From: a virus
Strand: one strand, 5' to 3'
DNA length: 64,000 bases
IMG/VR virus record: IMGVR_UViG_3300037264_003623
Location: 1 to 64,000 of that record
Positions within the stretch are counted from its first letter, which is position 1, and the number at the start of each line of letters is the position of its first letter. The translations under genes and the position numbers were made by a program. The notes beneath the pieces were generated by a model. The model worked only from the letters and a program-made list of their open reading frames with translations, had not been told where the DNA came from and did no database searches. Shown piece after piece: positions 15,638 to 25,036 of the stretch.

Positions 15638-18600
15638 ATGGCCGAGGAGAAGAGGATCCAAGACGCCAAGGGCAGGCTTCTCACCCTCCTGCGTAAGGGG
15701 GGCGGCGACGAGGGCCTGCGCTCGCTCCTGGAGTCGGACCCGGCGGCGGTTCAGGCCGCGGCCAGGCGAGACGAGGCGAGGAGGAAGGGGATGTCCAACA
15801 TCGAAGAGGCGGTGGCCTCCCTCACGAAGGCGGCGGCGTTCTCTCTGGACCTGGAGACGGACGGGCCGTCGAGGGCAGAGGCGACCGACCCGCTCCGGGG
15901 AAAGATCGTCGGGGTCTCGTTCGGGGTGGACTTCAAGCCGGGCTCGTCGTGGTGGTTCCCATTCGAGGGGGGAGCCGCGGCGGGGGAACAGGTCTTCTCT
16001 CAGGTCGAGGTATTCCGGGCCGTCCAGCCAATCCTTCTCGATCCTGCCAAGACACTCATCGGGTCCAACTGCAAGTTCGACCTCATGTTCTTGAAGATGA
16101 ACGGGGTGGAGGTCAGGAACAGGCTGTTCGACACGGTGGTCGCCGACTGGATGATGAACGAGAACAACCGGCGGCACGGCCTGAAGGAGATCGTCAAGAG
16201 GGAGTTCGACGTCGAGCTGGAGAAGTTCACGACGGCGTGGGCGTCGAGGGACCTCGTGGGGGGGAGCCGGTTCTCTGAGTACGCGGTGAACGACGCGAGG
16301 TATGCCTTCAAGCTGTGGCGCGACGTCCACATGAAGTTTCTGGAGGCGAAGGGGAGCGAGAGGCTCAGCAAGCTCTTCCACTCTGTCGAGATGGAGATCG
16401 TCCACATCTTCATGGAGGCCGAGATGGAGGGCGTGTGCATCGACCTCGCCTACATCGCGGCCCTCAAGGAGAGGATGGAGACGGCTAAGAAGGAGGCCGC
16501 CGACCGGGCGTTCTCGATCATGGGGCGGCCCTTCAAGATCAGCTCCCCGGAGGAAGTCAGCATCATCCTCTTCGGGGTTCCGCCGGAGGAGGCGCTTAGG
16601 TCCGCGATGGAGTCCAGGGAGCGAAGGAAGCCCAAAGCCGCCAAGAAGGACCTAGTCGAGAAGTTCAACACAAAGGGGCTGTTCGGTGCCCCGAAGGGCA
16701 TGTTCCCGGTCCCCCTGGACAGGAAGGGGAGATCGGTCCTCCCGGGCGACAACGGGTTCTACTCCACGGACGACTCGGTTCTCAATGGGTACGACCATCC
16801 CTTCGTCAAGGCCCTTCTCGATTACCGGAGCGCGAGCCAGACGCTCAAGTTCTTCGTGTACGCCTACATCGGCGGGGACCCGGACGATCCCAAGAAGGTC
16901 GGGTCCGTTCGTGACGGGCGGGTGTACCCCGATTTCCATCAGGCAGGCACGATCGCGGGCCGGTTCTGCGTTTCGGGAGATACGGTGCTGGAGACATCGG
17001 TTGGGATTTGTCGTATTTCTGATTTAGAATTGCCTAATAATCAGCAAGTATCTATAATCACTCATAGAGGACAGCCCCGGCGGATCCTCGGCAAGTACTA
17101 CCTCGGGAGGGAGGAGATGTTCCGGGTCGTGCTCGATAACGGGTCGAGCATCGCCGGGACGAGGGGGCATCGGGTTCTGACGTCGGGGGGATGGAGACAT
17201 CTCTATGAGTTGCGGTGCGGCTCCAGGGTGCTTAGTTCCTGTGATTCGGCTCGACGGGGCGGTGTACAAGGGCAGGCGGCATGTGTTGCCGGAGGACGTA
17301 TTCAGGAAGCTGCTGGAGGAGGAGGATATCTGGGAGGCGGAGCTCCTGCGGAAGTACCGGATAGGGAGGCATGTCTGGTATGCCTCGAAGTATCTGTACG
17401 GGGAGAAGTACGGGGAGCAGATTCGGCGACTGCACCGGAATCGGCTTTCGATGGCCTTGACCGGGAACCGGAATGGGGAGCGGAAACCGGCCAGGATGGT
17501 CCCCAAGGAGATCCTCCAGTCATTTCTGGATGTGGGGTACAATCTTCCGGAGATGGCGCGGAGGTTGGGGATGAGCGAGTTTCTGATTCGGAGGAATCTT
17601 TCGCTTCATGGATTGGCTCGGACGGGGCAGTTACCTCGGCACATGCAGGCGACGGACTTGGAAATGGTTCGTCGGCTGGACACTCTTTCCCCCGGGCTTA
17701 TGGAGGCGGCGAAGCAATATCACGAGAGGCCGAAGGAGTTCTACGACGCCCTGTATGTCGCCTTCGCGAGGCTTGTCCAGCATCTCTGGTTCATCCAGGG
17801 ACTCTCGGGGGGCTATCGGTATCTAAGGGACCGGAAGCGTCTCCCGAAGAATCATGTTTGTTGGAGCATGAACAGGGCGGAGCTGCAACTATCGATGGCT
17901 CTTCTCGACGCGGGGATACCCCATGTTCGCCAGTTCTTCATGGAGAGGTACATGGTGGACTTTGCCTTTCCGGAGGCGAATCTACTGGTGGAGGTGGACG
18001 GGGAATACCACAAGGCGGACGCGGTTACGAAATGTCGGGACGTCAGAAAGGCGGCGAAGATTCAGGAACGGGGATGGGGGGTTCTGCATTTCACGACGAA
18101 GCAAGTCGAGACGAATCCTGGGGAAGTGGTTTCGTCTATCCGACGGCGGCTGTCGTCAGCATTGAGTCCATAGGCGAGCAGGACGTATGGGACATAGAGG
18201 TGGAGGAGGACCACTCCTTCATCGCCAATGGTTTCGTGAACCACAACTCGTGCAGCGAACCCAACCTTCAGCAGGTAAGTGGCAAGAAGGGCCTGGTCAA
18301 GCCGATGTTCGTCCCGCCTTCCGGACATAAGTTAGTAGTTGGTGACTTCAACCAGCTCCAGTTCCGCCTGGCGGGGCACTACGCCAAGACATGGTTCGGG
18401 AAGTCGAACATCGCGGACGCCTACCTGGCCGGGATGGACCTTCACACGAGGACGATGAGGGAGCTCGGGTTCGACAAGAAGTACCCGGACCCGAAGGAGG
18501 CACGGAAAGAGGCCAAGAGGGTCAACTTCTCATTCATCTTCGGGAGGGGCGCCTCGTCGTTCGCCGAGGAGAACAAGCGTCCTTCCGCCGAGGCCACGAT

Positions 18601-19090
18601 GTTCTACAACGGGTTCCACAAGTCGTACCCCGAGATCCGTTGGTGCTCGAACAAGTGCCGCAAGGACCTCTGCGAGAAGGGATATGTGGAGTCGATCCTC
18701 GGCAGGCGGAGGAACTTCCCGCAGCACAAGGGCAAGGACCCCAACGCATACGAGAAGAAGGAGGAGGACGGCGGGCCCCGGAGCAACCTCTGGTGGGATG
18801 GGTGGGTGGCGTGGAACGCGGTGGTCCAGGGCGCGGAGTCGGATCTGGTTCGGATCGTCATGCGGAACATCTACCGCGAGATCCTGGAGCGGCGGAAGGC
18901 AGATCCGAGGTGGAACACGGTCAAGATGCTCATTCAGGTCCACGACGAGATCGTCTATCAGGCGCCCGACGAGATCGCCGAGGACATGGCGACGTTGATG
19001 CGCGAGAAGGGGTCGAACTTGCTCACCCTAAAAATCCCCATCATCTTGGACGTCGGTGTGGGAGTGACGTGGGAGGCTGCTAAGAAATGA
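15638..19090 (+). CDS. polA: Family A DNA polymerase (3'-5' exonuclease + polymerase) with intein
   Basis: DLET, N.KFD, YAVND exonuclease motifs; T.AGRF|SCSEPNLQQ; motif A DFNQLQFR, motif B RKEAKRVNF, motif C QVHDE. Confidence 0.95.
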   Translation: MAEEKRIQDAKGRLLTLLRKGGGDEGLRSLLESDPAAVQAAARRDEARRKGMSNIEEAVASLTKAAAFSLDLETDGPSRAEATDPLRGKIVGVSFGVDFKPGSSWWFPFEGGAAAGEQVFSQVEVFRAVQPILLDPAKTLIGSNCKFDLMFLKMNGVEVRNRLFDTVVADWMMNENNRRHGLKEIVKREFDVELEKFTTAWASRDLVGGSRFSEYAVNDARYAFKLWRDVHMKFLEAKGSERLSKLFHSVEMEIVHIFMEAEMEGVCIDLAYIAALKERMETAKKEAADRAFSIMGRPFKISSPEEVSIILFGVPPEEALRSAMESRERRKPKAAKKDLVEKFNTKGLFGAPKGMFPVPLDRKGRSVLPGDNGFYSTDDSVLNGYDHPFVKALLDYRSASQTLKFFVYAYIGGDPDDPKKVGSVRDGRVYPDFHQAGTIAGRFCVSGDTVLETSVGICRISDLELPNNQQVSIITHRGQPRRILGKYYLGREEMFRVVLDNGSSIAGTRGHRVLTSGGWRHLYELRCGSRVLSSCDSARRGGVQGQAACVAGGRIQEAAGGGGYLGGGAPAEVPDREACLVCLEVSVRGEVRGADSATAPESAFDGLDREPEWGAETGQDGPQGDPPVISGCGVQSSGDGAEVGDERVSDSEESFASWIGSDGAVTSAHAGDGLGNGSSAGHSFPRAYGGGEAISREAEGVLRRPVCRLREACPASLVHPGTLGGLSVSKGPEASPEESCLLEHEQGGAATIDGSSRRGDTPCSPVLHGEVHGGLCLSGGESTGGGGRGIPQGGRGYEMSGRQKGGEDSGTGMGGSAFHDEASRDESWGSGFVYPTAAVVSIESIGEQDVWDIEVEEDHSFIANGFVNHNSCSEPNLQQVSGKKGLVKPMFVPPSGHKLVVGDFNQLQFRLAGHYAKTWFGKSNIADAYLAGMDLHTRTMRELGFDKKYPDPKEARKEAKRVNFSFIFGRGASSFAEENKRPSAEATMFYNGFHKSYPEIRWCSNKCRKDLCEKGYVESILGRRRNFPQHKGKDPNAYEKKEEDGGPRSNLWWDGWVAWNAVVQGAESDLVRIVMRNIYREILERRKADPRWNTVKMLIQVHDEIVYQAPDEIAEDMATLMREKGSNLLTLKIPIILDVGVGVTWEAAKK
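16967..18247 (+). mobile_element. Intein (427 aa) in PolA with an out-of-frame nested gene
   Basis: CVSGDT...GTRGHR...VWDIEVEEDHSFIANGFVNHN / S; central 320 aa are low-complexity in the PolA frame. Confidence 0.92.
17205..18173 (+). CDS. DUF559/Vsr-like endonuclease nested in the +1 frame of the PolA intein
   Basis: HTH LPEMARRLGMSE; AELQL..AL, YMVDFAF...LLVEVDGEYH...RD......GWGVLHF; GGAG 8 nt upstream of ATG. Confidence 0.85.
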   Translation: MSCGAAPGCLVPVIRLDGAVYKGRRHVLPEDVFRKLLEEEDIWEAELLRKYRIGRHVWYASKYLYGEKYGEQIRRLHRNRLSMALTGNRNGERKPARMVPKEILQSFLDVGYNLPEMARRLGMSEFLIRRNLSLHGLARTGQLPRHMQATDLEMVRRLDTLSPGLMEAAKQYHERPKEFYDALYVAFARLVQHLWFIQGLSGGYRYLRDRKRLPKNHVCWSMNRAELQLSMALLDAGIPHVRQFFMERYMVDFAFPEANLLVEVDGEYHKADAVTKCRDVRKAAKIQERGWGVLHFTTKQVETNPGEVVSSIRRRLSSALSP

Positions 19091-19620
19091 GCGAAATCGA
19101 TCCGGTCATCGTGGCCTCGAAGATGGGCATGCTCCCGGAGCCCTCGAAGGAGTTCTTGGAGGCGTTCAGGGAGGGGTCGGCGGGGATGGTTGTCGAGTGC
19201 GACTTCTGCGGGAGGGTGTACTTCGCCACGGACGACGGCGGCGACTTCGAGGAGGGGGAGCTGGAGGATCTTCGGGCGCGGGCGGAGAAGGAGCCCGACA
19301 AGTGCATCGAGGTGAGCGGCTTCGCTACTCGGATCATAGTCAACGGGAAGTACTACGCCGAGGGCTGCAAGTGCAACCTGATTCGCCCATACGAGGACTT
19401 TATCTGGTTGCACCGCAGGGGGATCCTCGCGTACATCAAGGCCAGGTCGGAGAAGAGGCTCAAGGCCGCCAAGGAGGACGCGGAGGCGACGGAAGCGACC
19501 ATGACGGCGGCGGTGATGGCCGACGAGACGGCGACGGAGGAGCGTTTGCTTCTGCGGAAGCTCCTGAACAAGTACCCCGATGAGAACGGGGTTTACTCAA
19601 TCGGGGAAAGCGTTGGTTGA
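19087..19620 (+). CDS. Hypothetical Cys-containing protein
   Basis: ATGA coupling; CDFCG, CKC. Confidence 0.75.
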   Translation: MSEIDPVIVASKMGMLPEPSKEFLEAFREGSAGMVVECDFCGRVYFATDDGGDFEEGELEDLRARAEKEPDKCIEVSGFATRIIVNGKYYAEGCKCNLIRPYEDFIWLHRRGILAYIKARSEKRLKAAKEDAEATEATMTAAVMADETATEERLLLRKLLNKYPDENGVYSIGESVG

Positions 19621-19644
19621 CGAAAGGCGTAACTCTCCTATAAC
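19617..19644 (+). promoter_or_regulatory. Promoter TTGACG-N16-TATAAC
   Basis: Consensus match; palindrome at 19653-19668 directly downstream. Confidence 0.7.
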
Positions 19645-19677
19645 ATAGTCGGGCGCACACGGTGTGCGGAGGGCGAC

Positions 19678-21036
19678 GTGAGGAAGATAGGGTCTAGCTA
19701 CATCACGGACGAGGTTCCGGCCGCGATGAACCGGTTCGTCAAGAAGGACCTGGTCCTGAAGCAGCGCGGTGGCGAGGACTACGGGTTCGCCGCGGGCCAG
19801 AAGGTCGTCCTCTACCGCGAGGGCCTGTTCGGCATCGAGGTGCCGAGGGCGTATGGGCGGAAGGAGTTCGGCCTGCCGTCCGTGGACGAGACCGTCCAGG
19901 TCCCTATCCCGCCGTTCGCCTTCACCAAGGAGCTCCGGCCCTACCAGCCTCCCCTCATCGGGGAGTTCCTGGGCAGGGTCAAGGCCGGGCGGGGCTCGGA
20001 CGCCTACGGGGGCGTCTTCAACGCACCCTGCGGGACTGGCAAGACCGTCAGCGCGATCAAGATGCTGTCGGAGATGGGCCAGGCCGCTATCGTTCTCGTC
20101 CACACGGGGGCTCTCATGCAGCAGTGGCGGGACGAGCTCCTGAAGTTCACGGACCTGCGGCCGGACCAGGTCGGGAAGGTCCAGCAGGACGAGTGCGACT
20201 GGAGGGGCAAGTCGGTCGTGGTGGGGATGATCGAGTCCCTCGCCAGGCGGGAGTACGAGCCGGACATGTACCGGGCGTTCGGGGTTGTCGTGGGGGATGA
20301 GATCCACCGGCATGCGGCAGCGACCTGGCATAAGGTGATTCCCATGTTCCCCGCGAGAATGAGGATAGGTCTATCGGCAACGCCGAGGAGATCGGATGGG
20401 CTGTGGAAGATCATCAAGCACCACATCGGGGATGTGCTCGCCTCCGGGGAGGCCGGGGGCACGGCGAAGGTCTTCCGGGTCATGACCGGCGTGGGGATCC
20501 CACCCAACCGCTACATCTGGAACGGCCAGGTGTACCTCGGGGCGCTCCTGAAGGCGATCACTAACGTGGGCAGGAGGAACGAGCTGATCGCGGACGAGGT
20601 TGTGAGGGCCGTCAGGAAGGGACGCAGGGTCCTGGTGCTGTCGGACCGGCTCGCCCATCTCGACGGAATCGGGAAGCTGGTCGGTGAGAGGATGGGGGAG
20701 GGGGACGGGCTGAAGGCGGGGAGGTATGTCGGGGGCATCAGCGCGGAGGACCTCGCCGCGGCGCGTGGGTGCAACCTCCTCCTGGGGACCTTCCAGTATG
20801 CGAAGGAGGGGCTGGACGATCCGGGCCTCGACACCCTCATGCTGGCGGTCCCGAAGGGGGACGTGGAGCAGCCGATCGGTCGTATCCTCCGGACGGTGGA
20901 CGGGAAGAGGGAACCGATCGTGGTGGATTTCGTGGACGACAACACGGGGCTATGCAGGGACTTCGCGGACAAGAGGCTTCGGCAGTACCAGCGGCTGGGG
21001 TACGAGGTTGTGGAGATATCCGCGAAAGTCTCTTGA
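19678..21036 (+). CDS. SF2 DExH helicase (UvsW/XPB-like)
   Basis: LRPYQ, APCGTGKT, DEIH, SAT, EGLDDP, QPIGRILR. Confidence 0.93.
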   Translation: MRKIGSSYITDEVPAAMNRFVKKDLVLKQRGGEDYGFAAGQKVVLYREGLFGIEVPRAYGRKEFGLPSVDETVQVPIPPFAFTKELRPYQPPLIGEFLGRVKAGRGSDAYGGVFNAPCGTGKTVSAIKMLSEMGQAAIVLVHTGALMQQWRDELLKFTDLRPDQVGKVQQDECDWRGKSVVVGMIESLARREYEPDMYRAFGVVVGDEIHRHAAATWHKVIPMFPARMRIGLSATPRRSDGLWKIIKHHIGDVLASGEAGGTAKVFRVMTGVGIPPNRYIWNGQVYLGALLKAITNVGRRNELIADEVVRAVRKGRRVLVLSDRLAHLDGIGKLVGERMGEGDGLKAGRYVGGISAEDLAAARGCNLLLGTFQYAKEGLDDPGLDTLMLAVPKGDVEQPIGRILRTVDGKREPIVVDFVDDNTGLCRDFADKRLRQYQRLGYEVVEISAKVS

Positions 21037-21060
21037 CGAATGAGCGAAAACATCTATAAT
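21033..21060 (+). promoter_or_regulatory. Promoter TTGACG-N16-TATAAT
   Basis: Consensus match. Confidence 0.75.
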
Positions 21061-21106
21061 AAGGGTGTAGTTTTGCGGGCGTAGGTTCCGGATTGGAGGT
21101 AGGGTC

Positions 21107-21577
21107 ATGGCCGAGGTGGACAAGGAGAAGGAGTACCAGAAGAAGTACTACGAGACGAACCGGGATGCCCTCTCCCAGAAGCGGAAGGCGCGGTACGCCA
21201 GAGACCCGGACGTCCGAAAGCTGGCGAGGGAGAAGGCGCTGGCCCGGTACGAGCAGACGCGCTCCGTGGTGAAGGAGCGGAAGGTCCGGCGGTACAACCT
21301 CCCGAAGGTGGTCGAGGCCAGGGGTACGACTTGCCTCTACCACTGCGTCCGGAAGTTCGCCGACGCCGTGGGCCGGAACGTCCACACCATCACTCAGTGG
21401 GAGCGCGGGGCCGTGATCCCGAAGCCCACGATGGTCGACGAGCAGGGCCGCCGGTGGTACTCCGAGGGGCACATCGCCCTTGTCGCGGCGGCGGTCAAGC
21501 GGTACGACGAGATCGGAGAGAGAGACCTCGACATCCTGAAGCGTCTGGTGGTTGAGGAGAGGAAGAAGAGGGTGTGA
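21107..21577 (+). CDS. MerR-like HTH DNA-binding protein
   Basis: FADAVGRNVHTITQWERGAVIPKP...GRRWYS; SD GGAGG. Confidence 0.75.
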   Translation: MAEVDKEKEYQKKYYETNRDALSQKRKARYARDPDVRKLAREKALARYEQTRSVVKERKVRRYNLPKVVEARGTTCLYHCVRKFADAVGRNVHTITQWERGAVIPKPTMVDEQGRRWYSEGHIALVAAAVKRYDEIGERDLDILKRLVVEERKKRV

Positions 21578-21594
21578 GTCAAGAGGAGGAGAGC

Positions 21595-22008
21595 ATGTCG
21601 GCACCGAACGGGCACGACAAGAAAGTCGCGGAGGTGGAAGCCAAGGCCGCGGGGATGGCGGCGGAGGGATCGGACGACGGTTTCGAGTGGGTCGTCAGCA
21701 CCAAAGAACGCATTCTGGGGCGCGGCGAGAAAGAGACCTTGTCCGAGAAGTCGGAGGAACGTCTCATCAAGGTCGGCATCTTCAAGACCGCTCCGGCGCA
21801 GGTCATCCAGAAGAAGGGCCTGACGATCAACCTGGGCAACTTCGAGTCGGCCAGGGTGGACGTGGGGTACGTCATGCCCTGCTACGTCGAGGAGACTAAG
21901 GAGATCGAGGGCGTCGTCAACGACATGATCGAGGAGCGCCTCCAGCGCGAGGTCGTCGAGGTCCGGGGGAAGGACATCCGCCCCGGCTTCGAGGAGAAGC
22001 GCAAGTAG
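21595..22008 (+). CDS. Hypothetical phage protein
   Basis: Strong SD; GLTINLGNFESARVD motif. Confidence 0.75.
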   Translation: MSAPNGHDKKVAEVEAKAAGMAAEGSDDGFEWVVSTKERILGRGEKETLSEKSEERLIKVGIFKTAPAQVIQKKGLTINLGNFESARVDVGYVMPCYVEETKEIEGVVNDMIEERLQREVVEVRGKDIRPGFEEKRK

Positions 22009-22030
22009 ATGAGGCGGCAGGTGGTGAGGT

Positions 22031-22054
22031 GACCCCCGCTGAAAGGCGGGGGTC
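22031..22054 (+). other. Intergenic GNRA hairpin
   Basis: GACCCCCGCT-GAAA-GGCGGGGGTC upstream of the recA SD. Confidence 0.55.
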
Positions 22055-22071
22055 TACCTTTGGAGGCGATC

Positions 22072-24477
22072 ATGGGAGACAAGCTTCAGGACCTCTTCAA
22101 CGGCGTCAGGAAGCAGCACGGGAAGTTGAGCGTCAGGAAGGCATCGGAGCTGGAGGGGGGGATCCCGAGGATCCCCACCGGCATCTTCTGGCTCGACGCC
22201 GACATGGGCGGCGGGATTCCCATCGGTCGGATGACCGAGGTTGTCGGCCTCAAGTCGTCGGGGAAGTCTTCCCTCATGGCGAAGATCGTCGCCAGCGCCC
22301 AGCGGCTCTGCCGGAAGTGCTTCCGCCCGATCACGGAGTGGGAGGAGGAGGAGCGGGAGCGCAAGTCCGTCTCCGTGGATGTGGCGACCGGCGAGGTCAT
22401 CGAGAAGATGGTCCCCTACATGGTGAAGGTCGCGAAGGACTGCGCCAATAAGTGCAGGGAGGATTCCGACGGGAAGAAGAAGAAGCACCCGGGCCGGATG
22501 ACCGTCCTGTGGGTGGATCAGGAGGGCTGCGTCTCGGAAGACAACGAGATCCTCGACCCGATGACGGGTCGAATCGCAACGGTGGGAGAGTGGGTTCGAG
22601 GCCAGGGCTGCAACGTCGAATCATTGGCGGGAAATCGCCTTTCCGTGGTCCCGATTTCCTCGAAGTGCGATTCTGGTATCCGTCCGGTTTTGCGGATCTT
22701 CACGGCGACCGGCTGGGTGGAAGTCACTCCGAATCATCCTCTTCTCGTTTGGAGAAGAGGGCAAACGTGGATTCCTGCGGCTGAAATTCAGCCAGGGGAC
22801 TACATCGCTCGTCCGCGATGGAGCTCGTTCGAGGGGGGGCGGCATCCTGATGCGGAGGTCGCGGGCCTTCTGGGGTATATGCTCGGAGATGGCGGGATCG
22901 CGGAATCGGCCAGTAGTCCTACGATCACAAACAAGGGTGATCCAGAGATCATGCGCCGGTTTTCGGAACTGGTTTCTTATTTTGGGTGCAAGATCAAGAA
23001 GTACGATGACCGGCACTATCGGATCATCGGGGAGGATAGTAACGGGAGTAGCGGGGCCAATAAGGGGCGGAACGGGGTGAAGAACTGGTTTCGAGAGAGG
23101 GGGATGCTCGTTCCATGCTACGAGAAGTTTCTACCGGAGGAGGTATTCCAGTGGGACAACATCTCCGTCGGGAGGCTTCTTGTTGGCCTGTTCATGACGG
23201 ACGGGTCCGTCAACATTGCTAGGGCATCGGCGGTTATCGGGTTCACTTCTAGGCGGTTAATTTTGCAAGTTCGGCACCTTCTCTCCAGATTGGGAATCTT
23301 GGCGCACTTGAGCATCTACCGGTACAAGAATCCCCGCCACCGGGATCAGCATACGCTTGCTATCAATGGGGTGCCTAATCTTCAGCGATTCAGGGAGTTC
23401 GTTCCCCTGTATGGAGAGAAGGGCTCGAAGCTCGATTCCTGGTGTCTTTCGGAACGGAAGCAGATTCATTATCCCGACGATTTCTACCTTCCTGGATACA
23501 GGAACGCGATGTGGAGTCATCGGGGGGCGTTCGAGAACGAATCCGATGTATGGTGGGATAAGGTGGTGAAGATCGAGCCGAGAGGGGAGAAGCATTGCTG
23601 GGACTTTGGGGTTCCCCCGCATAAGAACTTCGTTGTCAACGATTTCGTGGGGCACAATACCTTCACCCCGGACTTCTACAGGAACTTCGGGGTGGACTGC
23701 GACGACGTCTACCTTTCGTCTCCCGAGACGGGGGAGCAGGCGGTGGACCTCATCGATGCGGCCATGCGGACCGAGGAGGTGGACCTGATCGTGGTGGACT
23801 CCGTGGCGGCCATGACCCCGAGCGTGGAGCGTGAGGCGTCTGCCGAGGACCTCCAGGTCAGCCTCCAGGCGAGGAACGTGAACAAGGGGCTCCGGGTGTG
23901 GACGGCGAGCCTCAACGCCCTCGGCAACCGGGAGGGGAACGACTGCACCCTGCTTCTGGTGAACCAGCTCCGCACGAAGATCGCTTCCTTCTACACCGGG
24001 TACGTCAAGCCGGGTGGGGTGGGACAGGAGTTCGCGACCAGTGCTGAGCTCTTCCTCAAGCAGAAGGACTACATCCTCGACACGAAGGGCGCTACCGTGG
24101 CGGAAGAGGTCGAATACCTGGTCGACAAGAACAAGGTCGGGACTCCGAAGGGGGTGGGGAGGTATAGGATGTGCCTCAAGGCGCACCCGGCCTTCCCGGG
24201 GATGCCCGACCCCTTGCGGCTGCCGGGCGACACATGGGACGACGCCACGGTGCTCAGCGTGCTAAGTGAGCGCGGGTTCCTGGCCGAGGACCAGAAGACC
24301 AAGGAGGTGATCCTCTTCGGCCAGCGGTTCCCAGACCAGCAGGCCCTCCAGATGGCCCTGTTCCAGAAGGGGGACCTCTACTGGAAGGCGCGGAATGCCC
24401 TGATCCAGTTGATCGTCAACACGCCGAGCGACGGGAAGCTCAAGGAGAAGAAGAAGAAGGGCGACAAGGAGGAGTGA
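22072..24477 (+). CDS. recA: RecA/UvsX recombinase with intein
   Basis: IPTG..LD..MGGGIP.GR.TE..G..SSGKS, VDQEG|T, PETGEQA, IVVDSVAA, NQLR, KNKV. Confidence 0.92.
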   Translation: MGDKLQDLFNGVRKQHGKLSVRKASELEGGIPRIPTGIFWLDADMGGGIPIGRMTEVVGLKSSGKSSLMAKIVASAQRLCRKCFRPITEWEEEERERKSVSVDVATGEVIEKMVPYMVKVAKDCANKCREDSDGKKKKHPGRMTVLWVDQEGCVSEDNEILDPMTGRIATVGEWVRGQGCNVESLAGNRLSVVPISSKCDSGIRPVLRIFTATGWVEVTPNHPLLVWRRGQTWIPAAEIQPGDYIARPRWSSFEGGRHPDAEVAGLLGYMLGDGGIAESASSPTITNKGDPEIMRRFSELVSYFGCKIKKYDDRHYRIIGEDSNGSSGANKGRNGVKNWFRERGMLVPCYEKFLPEEVFQWDNISVGRLLVGLFMTDGSVNIARASAVIGFTSRRLILQVRHLLSRLGILAHLSIYRYKNPRHRDQHTLAINGVPNLQRFREFVPLYGEKGSKLDSWCLSERKQIHYPDDFYLPGYRNAMWSHRGAFENESDVWWDKVVKIEPRGEKHCWDFGVPPHKNFVVNDFVGHNTFTPDFYRNFGVDCDDVYLSSPETGEQAVDLIDAAMRTEEVDLIVVDSVAAMTPSVEREASAEDLQVSLQARNVNKGLRVWTASLNALGNREGNDCTLLLVNQLRTKIASFYTGYVKPGGVGQEFATSAELFLKQKDYILDTKGATVAEEVEYLVDKNKVGTPKGVGRYRMCLKAHPAFPGMPDPLRLPGDTWDDATVLSVLSERGFLAEDQKTKEVILFGQRFPDQQALQMALFQKGDLYWKARNALIQLIVNTPSDGKLKEKKKKGDKEE
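22528..23658 (+). mobile_element. LAGLIDADG intein (377 aa) in RecA
   Basis: CVSEDN...TPNHP...LGYMLGDG...LFMTDGS...NFVVNDFVGHN / T. Confidence 0.92.
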
Positions 24478-24788
24478 TCGTGGCCCGGTCGAGGTCGAAC
24501 ATCAGCCGGATGAAGGATCGGGCCAAGGTTCTATCGTCCAGGATTAGGATGCTGGAGGAGGAGAACAAGGCGCTGAGGGTCATGGTCGACATCAGCAGCG
24601 TCAGCGTGGAGCACAAGACTGCGGGGACCAGGATGGCGGGGCCAGGGAACAAGAGCAAGGAAGTTACGCTTGGACTGGTGATGATGCCTCTTCCGAAGGG
24701 ATGGAGATGCGACGGTCAGCTCGGTTCGTTTCCCATCACGAGGCACGGCCAGAACTATGTTGCGGTGCATCTTGTCAAGGAGGACTGA
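24474..24788 (+). CDS. Hypothetical protein
   Basis: GTGA coupling. Confidence 0.6.
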   Translation: MIVARSRSNISRMKDRAKVLSSRIRMLEEENKALRVMVDISSVSVEHKTAGTRMAGPGNKSKEVTLGLVMMPLPKGWRCDGQLGSFPITRHGQNYVAVHLVKED

Positions 24789-24789
24789 T

Positions 24790-25026
24790 ATGCCCGAGAA
24801 GCGCGTTTCAACTGAGGATGTCGAGAGGTACAAGAGATGGGCGATGATCCGGTTCCGTGCCCTTCTCCGCGGCAACAGGGTCACGGAGCAGATCCAGCGT
24901 TGGCTGGCCGGGGAGCTCGGGCCGGAGTACCGGTTCTCGATCGAGTTCACCTTCAACGACGATGCCGTCTCGTTCGTCGGGAACCCGTCGAACGCGGATG
25001 CCCTCTCGCAGGAGAAGCTGACGTAG
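24790..25026 (+). CDS. Hypothetical protein
   Basis: SD GGAGG. Confidence 0.65.
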   Translation: MPEKRVSTEDVERYKRWAMIRFRALLRGNRVTEQIQRWLAGELGPEYRFSIEFTFNDDAVSFVGNPSNADALSQEKLT

Positions 25027-25036
25027 GAGGATTCCC

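Noticed and set aside
9009-18247. DnaB and PolA inteins are both 427 aa
   Set aside because: Their central regions are unrelated; treated as coincidence.
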